This document shows, one piece after another, positions 14,054-23,799 of a stretch of 64,000 nt of DNA (the first letter of the stretch is position 1; each line of letters starts with the position of its first letter). The stretch spans positions 768,001-832,000 of the forward strand of contig CH464491.1 in assembly GCA_000002445.1 (NCBI GenBank), in the 5' to 3' direction. A model generated the notes under the pieces. It searched no databases. It saw nothing but the letters and a program-made list of their open reading frames with translations, and had not been told where the DNA came from. This DNA is from Trypanosoma brucei (Eukaryota). Made by a program: the position numbers and the translations under genes.

Positions 14054-15241
14054 TTACAACTTAGTGGTCCTTCCCCCTGGCGTTCCATTTTCCTGCGATG
14101 CGTACCCATTAGGGTGAGTGCGCTGAAACTTCCAGGATGTTTCCATGATGGCCTCGAGAGTGTCGTATTTTGGTTTCCAGCCCAGCACCTCCCGTGCCTT
14201 ATCGCTGGCAGCCACAAGATACGCCGGGTCCCCCTCCCGACGGCCACACTCACGCACCGGAATCGGGTGCCCAGTAGTCTTGCGCGCCACTTCTATAACC
14301 TCACGCACGGAGTACCCCCGCGAAGTGCCAAGGTTAAACACAGAGAAGTACTTGGACTTGTCATTCGGTCCCAGTTTCTCCACGTAATCAAGAGCTAATA
14401 TGTGAGCCGACGCAAGATCACACACGTGAACGTAGTCCCGTACACACGTGCCGTCGGGTGTAGGATAGTCTGTACCAAATATGGGCATTCTCTTGTCAGT
14501 TGACGCATCCTCGTGAATTGTTAATCTTTGATCCGGTGCGATGTCGCTCATTACCCTACCCAAGATTATAGGGATTAGATGCGTGGAGCCTTGGTAGTGC
14601 TCACCGATATCTCCATCCTCGTGCGCTCCACAGGCATTGAAGTAACGGAGGCAAATGCCTTTAATCCCGTATGCTTCCGCGCAATCCCTTATCATCCTCT
14701 CCGCAATAAGTTTCGACTCGCCATATGGACTTTCTGGGCTCTTTTTGGCGTTAATATCGATGGGTTCTGCGTTTGTGGACACGGAGCCCTTTGTTGGGTT
14801 GCCAAAAATGGCGGCACTACTGGAGAAGATGATTTTGTCGCACTTGTGTAACAACATCGCTTGAAGCAACCTTAGAATACCAACCACATTGTTGTCATAA
14901 TACTTTAGTGGATCTCTCACACTCTCACCAACGGCAAGGAAAGCACACATGTGGACAACAGCATCGATAGGACCATGGCGAGTGAAAACGCCGTTAAGGA
15001 AGTCTTCGTTACGCACGTCTCCCACCTCCAGTGCGGCGTATCGATCCGCCCACGGCGGCTTCGGTCCATCACTTTGTTGCAACTTCCGCGCTACATTTTC
15101 CCTGGTTTCCACATGGTCGCTTTTCCCATGCGTCCCCACAAGCGAGTCAACGATGACAACACTGTGGTTCGTGTCGCGCAAAAGAGCCCGCACGAAGTGG
15201 CTTCCAATGTAACCTGCGCCTCCACAAACCAAAACGCGCAT
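14054..15241 (-). CDS. GALE: UDP-glucose 4'-epimerase (SDR superfamily), glycosomal (C-terminal PTS1 -TKL)
   Basis: 395-aa ORF beginning 'MRVLVCGGAGYIGSHFVRALL' (Rossmann GxxGxxG) with the catalytic YxxxK in 'SPYGESKLIAE'. The full length matches my recollection of the T. brucei GalE sequence (the crystallised enzyme). It ends in the peroxisomal/glycosomal targeting tripeptide TKL. Confidence 0.95.
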   Translation of the reverse strand: MRVLVCGGAGYIGSHFVRALLRDTNHSVVIVDSLVGTHGKSDHVETRENVARKLQQSDGPKPPWADRYAALEVGDVRNEDFLNGVFTRHGPIDAVVHMCAFLAVGESVRDPLKYYDNNVVGILRLLQAMLLHKCDKIIFSSSAAIFGNPTKGSVSTNAEPIDINAKKSPESPYGESKLIAERMIRDCAEAYGIKGICLRYFNACGAHEDGDIGEHYQGSTHLIPIILGRVMSDIAPDQRLTIHEDASTDKRMPIFGTDYPTPDGTCVRDYVHVCDLASAHILALDYVEKLGPNDKSKYFSVFNLGTSRGYSVREVIEVARKTTGHPIPVRECGRREGDPAYLVAASDKAREVLGWKPKYDTLEAIMETSWKFQRTHPNGYASQENGTPGGRTTKL

Positions 15242-15814
15242 GGTAAAGAGGTTCTTTCCCCGTTACTAAATCCTTCTCCCTATATATACTTCTTTATGAA
15301 GAAAGGGAGTGTAGGTACCAAACAAGTCAGTTGAACTAGTTGTTTCAATCCCTTCGCGACCACTGCGGTGGATTTACTAACTTTCGACTTCACCGAAAAT
15401 AGGGCTTTATGTATGTATATGTATATATTCCCTTTGTCTACTGCTATATCAAAGTCGAGGTATTAATAATGCTAGCAAAGTGAGCATTATAAACAGCAGG
15501 AAAACAGTAACCGAAAGTCCACTTCAACAGACATGTACATGTGCGTATGCATACTAATTCAAAAAATAAGGGACCAAGAAACAGTTCCAAACGGAACAAA
15601 GAAAAATTCTGTGAGAAAAGTGTCAACGAATCATGCTACGTACCACCAAATTGAATTGGCTCGCATGTATGCACTTGTCCGCGGTCACACACATTCACAT
15701 AGTTCCACCACTACAGAATGCAGCAGGAAAAAGGGTACTCGGCCTCATATGGCTTCTCGAGGAAGTTGGAAAAAAAACGTGGAAGTACATGCATACGCAC
15801 AAAAACTCTCGGTT

Positions 15815-18331
15815 TCACTTTTTCCCACCTACGGAAGGTATGACAAAGTAGTAACTGTTTGGGTGGCGTGCAACAGCCACTTCCCTCGCCGGTAAGGGCC
15901 CTGCAAACGCGCCAGAAGCACGAGGGTCAGCAGCATTACCACCCATGCCATCGATGTTTAGTTGTATCAGCGAACTGGGATCACCGTGACAACGCAACAC
16001 CGCGTTTTTTATATCTCTGTTTATCACACTACTATTTTTCACTCGGGTAAATACCGCATGGACACTGTTGTGCGCATTCACTAGGGTAGCTTCCGTGCAG
16101 AGAACGGGTATATGACCAACAAAACGGTCAGCAAGAATCTCCGCAACACCGCTGAAGTACGTCATACCATTCCCCGTTGACTTGCCAAAGTATGCTACTG
16201 CTGATGGGGTAATATCACTCTCATCTGTTGATCCCGAGGTAGTACGAACTCTAATCATAGTATCATTGGCAAATATATGATATTTCGTACTGCAGAAACG
16301 TAGAAGCACGGCAGAGTTTGCTACATCACCCGACGAATGCGTGTGCCATACATCGCCAAGGACGGTTGTTGGTGGCGTCCTCACAAAATTACCATCGTTT
16401 GTGACAGCGTACACCGCGTTGTGATCCTCTTCTGCGAAAGTATCAGAACATAGGAGGATCCTGAGTTGTTTCCATGGCCACTCAGAATGCGATGGTCCCC
16501 AATCAGAACGTGCTGCAGTAACACAGGGCGCAAACTCAGCAATAAATGGTTGTACATCACTGTCAGCGTCAACAACATGGATAATAGGGTTCACTTTCCG
16601 TTGAAGTGCCGAGGTGTTATCCGTCAAAAACTTGAACAACGTCATTACTGTCGAAGCGGTGGTGGTTTGGGGAAGTTTCACTCCCCTTTCCTTCAAATGC
16701 GGTAGCACACGCTGCTCGTAGTCCTCTCGCGCCCTCTGCCACAGTTCACACATCTCACGATGGCCGCTCTTCCAGCCATTCATTTGATGTTTCCTACAGC
16801 AGTACATTTCCACGCGGCATCTACCACAACGTAACAGTTTGTCACGGCGCCGTTGGCACCATGAACAAACCTCATTGTGTGTTGGTGGGGGCACAGGAGA
16901 CACATCTCGTGGTAGTGTGTAGTTGCCATCCTTGCATGATATGATGTTCCTCGAGAGGAACTGAAAGGCCGCTGCGGCAGCAGCCCAATCGTGCTCGTTA
17001 CGTGGTGAATATTCCAAAACCTCCACATGTGGGGAGGCAATTGGCGTGTCTTTCACTACAGACCCTGTTGGCGTCCGATAAACAACTTTTGGGAAAGAGT
17101 AGCTACTGCAGGATCCTTTGCATAGCGGCTCACATGGAAACGTCTCAACTGCTTGCTCCTGCATCGACAAAAAAAATAAGAAACGGTCAATATCGTCGAA
17201 GGCAATACCTTCAAGTGGCGTTAGTTGGGCGAAAACTTCACCATCTTCATGCATCATGTCGTCGTAAACGGTATCAAAAGATTTTTCATCACACAGCCGG
17301 TCTTGAAGGTAAAGCACTTCACCTCCATCTTGCATTAGGTGAAGCTCCGCTCCTATTGGTTGCGGGGCAAGTGGGCCGGGGTCTAAATTTTCCTCAGATA
17401 CCTCTTGTTTCTCCACAAAAGGCTTCTGAATGAGAAGGACGTGCCAACGGCCATCTCCTGTCACCGCAGAGGAAGTGTCAGATGATGAAATGGTTGGGAG
17501 GGTAAAGGAGGTTACGTGACCCACTCGCTTCTTCAAATTTTCTATCGCCATGCGACGTTCTACCTCTAGAGCAGGGAATGATCCGTCCGCACCGGTCCCG
17601 TCACTCGTCATTGCACCTGCTGCTGACACGATGGAGTCACTATTATCAGGTTCACGAAACGATGCTGTATACAGTAAAGGGTGTACTTGCTGAAATGACC
17701 TTAGTACCGCGTCGTTTCCCACCTGTGATGGTGCCGATACGTCTACCGCAGCAGGTTCATGTTGCACAGCCCATGCAACGACCTCACCTGCCATCCCAGG
17801 TAATCTCCTACCTGAAATGACCTCTGTTATGTGATGTCGCAAAACTGTAAAGGACTGCAGGGCAAGCGGTGCTAACACATGTTCGAGGCGTGTCTTGAAT
17901 AGAGAAAACGCACGGTCGGAAAAGAGTCCCAGTTTCTCATGAGTATCACCAACAGTCACACACCTCAAGTCAAACGACGCGGGATGAAGCGATGCAGGAA
18001 CGAAACGAAAGATATCCGCAACCAGTTCCGCACCCTTCGTTTCCCACAGTACCTCCTGGCAACTGTTTTTCATGTTGTAGAGTAACAAACGCCACTGAGA
18101 GCTCTCGGTAGAGTCAATGAAAATATCCAACTCTTCTTCATTATCTGAGGTTCCGAACAGCAGTTGGAAAACTGGTGCATACAACACATTTCGCCTCTTG
18201 TCCCTGCACCACTGCCGAGGCAATACACTCAGAAGAAACCACCGTCGGTAGCGCTCATTCAACACCTTTCCAAGTGCCTCGGCTTCAGTGCACGCTCTTC
18301 CGTCCCGCAGGAACTTCTCCACAACAGCCAT
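15815..18331 (-). CDS. MYND-type zinc-finger domain protein (large, otherwise hypothetical)
   Basis: 838-aa ORF containing 'CSWCQRRRDKLLRCGRCRVEMYCCRKHQMNGWKSGHREMC'. This is the C-x2-C...C-x2-C...C-x3-H-x...C spacing of zf-MYND. The rest is non-repetitive. Confidence 0.65.
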   Translation of the reverse strand: MAVVEKFLRDGRACTEAEALGKVLNERYRRWFLLSVLPRQWCRDKRRNVLYAPVFQLLFGTSDNEEELDIFIDSTESSQWRLLLYNMKNSCQEVLWETKGAELVADIFRFVPASLHPASFDLRCVTVGDTHEKLGLFSDRAFSLFKTRLEHVLAPLALQSFTVLRHHITEVISGRRLPGMAGEVVAWAVQHEPAAVDVSAPSQVGNDAVLRSFQQVHPLLYTASFREPDNSDSIVSAAGAMTSDGTGADGSFPALEVERRMAIENLKKRVGHVTSFTLPTISSSDTSSAVTGDGRWHVLLIQKPFVEKQEVSEENLDPGPLAPQPIGAELHLMQDGGEVLYLQDRLCDEKSFDTVYDDMMHEDGEVFAQLTPLEGIAFDDIDRFLFFLSMQEQAVETFPCEPLCKGSCSSYSFPKVVYRTPTGSVVKDTPIASPHVEVLEYSPRNEHDWAAAAAAFQFLSRNIISCKDGNYTLPRDVSPVPPPTHNEVCSWCQRRRDKLLRCGRCRVEMYCCRKHQMNGWKSGHREMCELWQRAREDYEQRVLPHLKERGVKLPQTTTASTVMTLFKFLTDNTSALQRKVNPIIHVVDADSDVQPFIAEFAPCVTAARSDWGPSHSEWPWKQLRILLCSDTFAEEDHNAVYAVTNDGNFVRTPPTTVLGDVWHTHSSGDVANSAVLLRFCSTKYHIFANDTMIRVRTTSGSTDESDITPSAVAYFGKSTGNGMTYFSGVAEILADRFVGHIPVLCTEATLVNAHNSVHAVFTRVKNSSVINRDIKNAVLRCHGDPSSLIQLNIDGMGGNAADPRASGAFAGPLPAREVAVARHPNSYYFVIPSVGGKK

Positions 18332-18966
18332 TCGATATCAGATCCAAGTTTCCTCGTTCCTTCAGAATGCAAAAAGAAATAAAAAGAACGTTAAGGTATT
18401 TTCTATCAGCTTCTCGCATGTGGTGTCACACCTATGCGAAGCGCTGCCAGTAAACAACAAAAAAGTAAAAAAAGCGAAGTGGTGGAAACGAAATTGAGAA
18501 CACTATATCAATTTGCGCTGTGCACCGCCGCTCCACCTGCCGAGCCCAAAACAAAACGACATTCGTGGATAATCATGTAATTATGATGGGGGTCACAAGA
18601 AAAAATTTAGAGGTCGAATCATTAAAAAAGAACTAAAAAAAGGTAAAGTTTTGTATGTAAATAAAAAAGGAACAGTGGTATCATTAGAGCTAAAAAGACA
18701 GGGATGATATTGCCAAAACAATTTACCTCCAAGATGTTACCATTGGGAGACTAATAATGATGTGTACAAACAATACACTCCTCTTTATGCTGCTTCACAG
18801 CACAAGAGCTTTTCTACGAAACTAAGTACAGTACAGCAAAATTAAAATTATACTTGGAAAAAAAGAACACCATACAGGTACTAACTATTCAAAAGGGAAA
18901 ACCGATAACAGAACACAAATGTAGTTACCACCATAAAGAGAAAAAGGAATTGAGTAAAACACGAAG

Positions 18967-20388
18967 TCACATTACAGTACATCGAGGGCACATACCATAC
19001 AGTCTGAACCTCCTGTTCGTTGCTTTACCTGGTTCCAAAAGTGGTGCTTCTGTGTCTCCAGGATCCGCTGAAGGAGATGATTCGTGCATCCTCCGTCGCT
19101 CAGTTTTCAAGGAGTTCAGAGCCTCATCTCTTTCTTTGAGTGCCCAAATATTCTGTCGACGAATTTCTTCCAATGACTCTACAGTCTCCTTCAAAGACGT
19201 TGAGAGTGTCACATTCTCATCTTCTGCAGCTTTCAGTGCGGCAAGTAATTTCTCCTTCTCACACTCGGATGCCGTAATAATTTTCTTATCATCTTCTGCC
19301 ACCTTCCTCAGTTCTTCCCTCTCATCTTCTGCAGCTTTCAATGCGGCAACCAATTTCTCCTTCTCACACTCGGATGCCGTAATAATTTTCTTATCATCTT
19401 CTGCCACCTTCCTCAGTTCTTCCCTCTCATCTTCTGCAGCTTTCAGTGCAGCAACCAATTTCTCCTTCTCACACTCGGACGCCGTAATAATTTTCTTATC
19501 ATCTTCTGCCACCTTCCTCAGTTCTTCTCTCTCATCTTCTGCAGCTTTCAGTGCAGCAACCAATTTCTCCTTCTCACACTCAGATGCCGTAATAATTTTC
19601 TTATCATCTTCTGCCACCTTCCTCAGTTCTTCCCTCTCATCTTCTGCAGCTTTCAGTGCGGCAACCAATTTCTCCTTCTCACACTCGGATGCCGTAATAA
19701 TTTTCTTATCATCTTCTGCCACCTTCCTCAGTTCTTCTCTCTCATCTTCTGCAGCTTTCAGTGCAGCAACCAATTTCTCCTTCTCACACTCAGATGCCGT
19801 AATAATTTTCTTATCATCTTCTGCCACCTTCCTCAGTTCTTCTCTCTCATCTTCTGCAGCTTTCAATGCGGCAAGTAGACTTTCTTTTTCGTCTGTGAAT
19901 TCGTTAACCAGTCGAGCAAGTTGTTCTTCGGCCACTTTTCCTGTGACCGGGTTATAATCAGCACTACGGGGATCATTATCGCCAGCACTAGCGATATTTT
20001 TTTTGTAAACCGAATGATCCCCGGTTTCTTGCGTCAGGTTGCCTTCTCCTTCCTTACCAGTTCCCTTCTGCAGCGCATTCAGGGTCTCCAGTGTGCTGGC
20101 AAGCTCATCCCTTGTTTTTTGCAAATCACACTGCAGTTGTCCTTGGTCAAAGTTTGATTTGCGTAAAAGCTCGTCATAAGCACCCTCCAGCTCTTTGATA
20201 CGTTCGTCACGCATCTCCAACTCAAGGCGAAGTTCGGCGACCAAGCGACTGCCCCCGCGGGCACTGGTTACAGTACTACAATCCGTGGAGTCGTTTGTAG
20301 TATGTGAACCGTCCCGGCTGCTATAGAAAGAAGTAACCTCTGTAGCGGGGCGTGAGGCACTGGGTGACCTTTCATCAAAGGGAAACAT
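18967..20388 (-). CDS. repetitive coiled-coil protein with about 7 tandem 35-aa charged repeats (EKLVAALKAAEDEREELRKVAEDDKKIITASECEK)
   Basis: 473-aa ORF. The central 735 bp is a near-perfect 105-bp tandem array kept in frame. The flanks are unique: an N-terminal S/T-rich region and C-terminal 'LEEIRRQNIWALKERDEALNSLKTERRRMHESS'. Confidence 0.65.
   Translation of the reverse strand: MFPFDERSPSASRPATEVTSFYSSRDGSHTTNDSTDCSTVTSARGGSRLVAELRLELEMRDERIKELEGAYDELLRKSNFDQGQLQCDLQKTRDELASTLETLNALQKGTGKEGEGNLTQETGDHSVYKKNIASAGDNDPRSADYNPVTGKVAEEQLARLVNEFTDEKESLLAALKAAEDEREELRKVAEDDKKIITASECEKEKLVAALKAAEDEREELRKVAEDDKKIITASECEKEKLVAALKAAEDEREELRKVAEDDKKIITASECEKEKLVAALKAAEDEREELRKVAEDDKKIITASECEKEKLVAALKAAEDEREELRKVAEDDKKIITASECEKEKLVAALKAAEDEREELRKVAEDDKKIITASECEKEKLLAALKAAEDENVTLSTSLKETVESLEEIRRQNIWALKERDEALNSLKTERRRMHESSPSADPGDTEAPLLEPGKATNRRFRLYGMCPRCTVM
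19160..19895 (-). repeat. 105-bp tandem repeat, about 7 copies, more than 95% identical, within the CDS
   Basis: 'acactc[ag]ga[tc]gccgtaataattttcttatcatcttctgccaccttcctcagttcttc' recurs at 19261, 19366, 19471, 19576, 19681 and 19786, a period of exactly 105. Copies differ only by a few substitutions. Confidence 0.9.
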
Positions 20389-20706
20389 ATTGGCTTGTAC
20401 AACTTAACGGTAATATCAACTATAAACATATAGCGATGATGTCCGCCCACGCGGACAGAGACAGGCGGTTAAATACCGGAGTGAAGAAGTAGACGATGCA
20501 ATCTTCCAGGCGTAATTGCTGCTGCACTGACTAAAAATAGAAACAGGGTCAACGCTATTTTTTTTTTTTGGGGGGGGGAGGACGGAAAATTGTGAGTGAA
20601 AATGCAGACTTGATCCAGAAATAAAACAACTTGTAAAGGGTCAGCGGAACTCCAAACCCACCTAAACATGCGCACGCACATATAGAAGGAAGGGACAAGA
20701 CGCACC

Positions 20707-21777
20707 TCACTTACTTAGGTTCCGCACAAACAAATTGCTCATCCGCCGGTTCTCCTTTGCCTCCGCTGTTAAGGGGTCAGGGATATCCAGTAATGAAAGT
20801 ATATGTGCCATGTTCGTGTTAAGTTCCCTCTCAAGTGCAGAAACCATGGCCGTTGTACGGTAAACTCGCGACTGCGTTCCGCTAATACTTGTCGCTCTGG
20901 AGCCGCCCCGACCATCACCAGAAGCGGACGAAAATTGGCTGAACACATGCGGTGCAGCGATTGAAGCGCCGCCTACACATGACTCACTCCGCTCTCTCTT
21001 GACAGCCGCTACTGCATTGGGGCGAAGTGAACCTTTTGATCCCTTCTCCCCGGGAACATCACCACACACTGCACATGTCGTTTCCTTCGTCAGCATGTTC
21101 TTCGCCAGATCCAGGCAAGAGGCACAAGCGTAGAAGCGGCAACACTCCAGCATCACTTCATCAAAGCTCTCCAGCTCACATAGCACACAAATCCCTTTCT
21201 TTGGTGTGGGCAATGTCAATCCTTCCACTGACGTGCGGTTGAGTAACCAAGGGAGCACCGGAAAGGCCTTGCCGGACACTGCGGTAACGCGCTTCAATTT
21301 GTGTGGATCCCGCACTTCCACGCGCTTGCCTGTACCAACGGGGCCGCTGGAACTCACAGTACCAGTCACAGTTGTTGCTTCATGTTCGTGCAACATCCCC
21401 TCTACGTGCTGAAGCCGTTCTTCGCGGGCTTTTTTTTCGTCTTGTGCTGCGTCCACTACGCCATCCAAGTAGTGACGCCGAGACACGTTAACGATAACCC
21501 TATCGTAAGAATGCAGTACATCATTCGATTGTAACGGCACGTAAACGTCTGCAACAGTGCTGGGTGTCTGCCCCTCCTGACTATCATTCCCTGCTGAAAT
21601 AACACGTTGAATCTCTAGTTTGTACTTGGTGAGATTTATCTGATGTTGCTTTACGATATCTTGAGTAAGAGCGGTTACAGTCACCACATCACCACTGAAC
21701 CCGAAACTGTGATACCTCCCCGAAGCAGCCGGATGCGAGCCGAGCAGTCGGTACTGAACGACCCCCTCCGTTTCCAT
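20707..21777 (-). CDS. DWNN-domain protein with C-terminal RING-like zinc finger (RBBP6/Mpe1-like; candidate mRNA 3'-end processing / E3-type factor)
   Basis: The N-terminus from Met at 21777, 'METEGVVQYRLLGSHPAASGRYHSFGFSGDVVTVTALTQDIVKQ...YVPLQSNDVLHSYDRVIVNVSR', fits the ubiquitin-like DWNN fold pattern (V-x-Y-K/R-F...G..I). The C-terminal 'CVLCELESFDEVMLECCRFYACASCL...CAVCG' is a Cys-rich RING-like module. I placed the start at the internal Met because DWNN domains begin at residue 1-2. The upstream 59 codons of the maximal ORF look like UTR. Confidence 0.55.
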   Translation of the reverse strand: METEGVVQYRLLGSHPAASGRYHSFGFSGDVVTVTALTQDIVKQHQINLTKYKLEIQRVISAGNDSQEGQTPSTVADVYVPLQSNDVLHSYDRVIVNVSRRHYLDGVVDAAQDEKKAREERLQHVEGMLHEHEATTVTGTVSSSGPVGTGKRVEVRDPHKLKRVTAVSGKAFPVLPWLLNRTSVEGLTLPTPKKGICVLCELESFDEVMLECCRFYACASCLDLAKNMLTKETTCAVCGDVPGEKGSKGSLRPNAVAAVKRERSESCVGGASIAAPHVFSQFSSASGDGRGGSRATSISGTQSRVYRTTAMVSALERELNTNMAHILSLLDIPDPLTAEAKENRRMSNLFVRNLSK

Positions 21778-22317
21778 GGGGAGGCAACCTTGACGTGCAG
21801 AGAGTGGCCAACCCCTTTCGTGCTCAGCGTATGAAAAGAAAAGGGGGGAAAAAAAAGAAAACACATAATGAGCCGGGAGAAGCAACACACACAGCATCTG
21901 TTTGAGAGGGAAAGCAAAGAAGTTCCCTCCCACGTATATTTTATTGTTGGACACAGTACGCGGGAGAACGGAGTTTCCTTAGACGAACATACACACGAGC
22001 CTCAGCCCACTTTTTTCTCTGTTGCTTCTCTGGCGCCTCTCTACGCAGATATCTAAGCAAAACATTCTGCAAACAAAAAATACATATATATATATATATA
22101 TAACGAGGTGATAGAAAGATCGTCCCAATGGTACAAAAACAACCAAACACATTGTACATTCAATATGGTGATCCTGCTCCTAAAAGAAATGAGGAGGGGG
22201 CAAAAGGTATTTGGTTTTGCTTTGATCACACGAAAGGACTTGCTGGAGGCAGCTTTATCCACACACAACCGCACAGACTTTCCTCTTGTGTTCTCTGTCC
22301 CAAATCTCACCCACTCA

Positions 22318-23139
22318 TCAGTCACCATAAAAAGTTGCTATAACTCTATTCTTTGATAGTGTTGCGGCTCGTCGGTTTTCTTTCCGACCCGCCACATATA
22401 CCGTACATCCGTCCTCCACGTAGTAACGCTCGGCCTCTTCGCTTTTCTGCTGTTTCTCCCGCAACTTCTCTATCTCCGTATCCAAATCGCCCGTGTAACC
22501 AAGTACTGCCAGCGGAGAAACACCGTCAAATTGATTCTTCGGCTTTTTCACAGGCAGGCTTGCTCGCGTTGAAGCAATTTTGTTACCAAACTTTTGGATA
22601 TCCACTCGTGGAAGATTTCGTTTGGACTCAGGGTTAAACCAGTCAATAGAACTGAGGAAGTGACTACGATCAATGCCCTCGTAGTCCCCTTGCTCAGGTG
22701 GCTGGAAGTCGGTTTTCATCACTGACTTGGGAATGAAATCCGTTTGCAACCCCGTAAATAATTCAGTAAAGGTATTCTTGTCGCGATGCGAGGCATCATG
22801 CATGATCCAGAGACGGGCTAGTTTCTTTCCGAGAACAGAAAACATGAAGCCGTAATGTCTAATCATTGAGTCTGCTTCGCAGATACAGTACTGAAGTGAA
22901 TATAGTGCACTCATCTTGGGGAGCCCCCGCTCAGGGTCCTGTTGCGAGATCTCTTTGCAGATGCGGCGAAAGTTTTCACGCTGATGCTGCGTTGCAAGTT
23001 TGTTGTACCAATACTCAATCCGTTCACTGGAGTCGGTCACGAATATGGGGTGGTACTCCTCGCGCATTAAGTGCCAAGTAAGCGACGGGCGTTCCGCCAC
23101 GACAGCGACCTTACGGCGCCGAGAAAACATGACCTTCAA
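22318..23139 (-). CDS. conserved hypothetical protein
   Basis: 273-aa minus-strand ORF with a non-repetitive, balanced composition. I recognise no motifs. Confidence 0.45.
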   Translation of the reverse strand: MKVMFSRRRKVAVVAERPSLTWHLMREEYHPIFVTDSSERIEYWYNKLATQHQRENFRRICKEISQQDPERGLPKMSALYSLQYCICEADSMIRHYGFMFSVLGKKLARLWIMHDASHRDKNTFTELFTGLQTDFIPKSVMKTDFQPPEQGDYEGIDRSHFLSSIDWFNPESKRNLPRVDIQKFGNKIASTRASLPVKKPKNQFDGVSPLAVLGYTGDLDTEIEKLREKQQKSEEAERYYVEDGCTVYVAGRKENRRAATLSKNRVIATFYGD

Positions 23140-23799
23140 CTAGTTTTCTTATACCTGTAACTCTCCAGAGTGGGCTTTTACTCAGCTATCCAAATTCTTT
23201 TTTACCTTTTCGGCGCTTCTTTTTAGTCCTTATACCACCTACCTTTCTCTGAGTTCGAGCGCTTAATTTGTAATGCACTTCTTCGCACGCTTGTTATAAC
23301 TTGTGTTTGTTTATCCACAACGTGCGACACCCCCAAAAAAAAAACAGAATAAAAACAGTGCGGACAACATAACAGCAGCAGGAACATGGCAGGGAAAAAG
23401 TGGTGTGGTAAATTTCAAATAAACCTAGCATAGTCATTTCCTAAAAAGGAAGTTAAGGATCAACTTTGTCACGAAAAGCTGTCGGAGAGGGTCAGAGAAA
23501 AGCAGTATGAGGGTAGCAGAAGCATCCATGGAGATACAAACAGACGCGAAAACATATTAGAATTAAATGGCAAAAAGGGGTGATACGCCCGTCGACGCCG
23601 CTGCTTTCACCCACCGTCATCCCTCACCGCAGTACTCAGCTGAGTCACAGGGAAATGGGGGAAGAATAGAGGGCAAATTAAGGGGAGCAGCTCCCGCTGT
23701 TCCCCCTCCGTTACCGTGTTATCTCACCTGCTAACTGAACAGTACGCCCCGCACGCGTTTCGAAACAAACGCACGTAACCACCGCGTTCCCAGTCCGGC

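Noticed and set aside
19160-19895. Regular 105-bp direct repeats considered as a possible CRISPR-like array
   Set aside because: The repeats abut without spacers, are kept in frame inside a long ORF, and the context is a eukaryotic (kinetoplastid) chromosome. It is a coding tandem repeat, not CRISPR.
18854-19957. 367-aa plus-strand ORF (S/A/F-rich repeats 'SSSAAFSAATNFSFSHSDAVIIFLSSSATFLSSSL')
   Set aside because: It is the antisense-frame image of the 105-bp coding tandem repeat on the minus strand. Its low-complexity composition and its orientation opposite to every other gene in the window argue it is not a real gene.
21778-21954. N-terminal 59-codon extension of the DWNN gene, and similar extensions at 29701-30294 and 45784-45927
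   Set aside because: Only the first in-frame ATG of the maximal ORF supports them. The extensions are hydrophobic or low-complexity, and the conserved domains (DWNN, HAD motif I) begin at the internal Met. They are probably 5'UTR.
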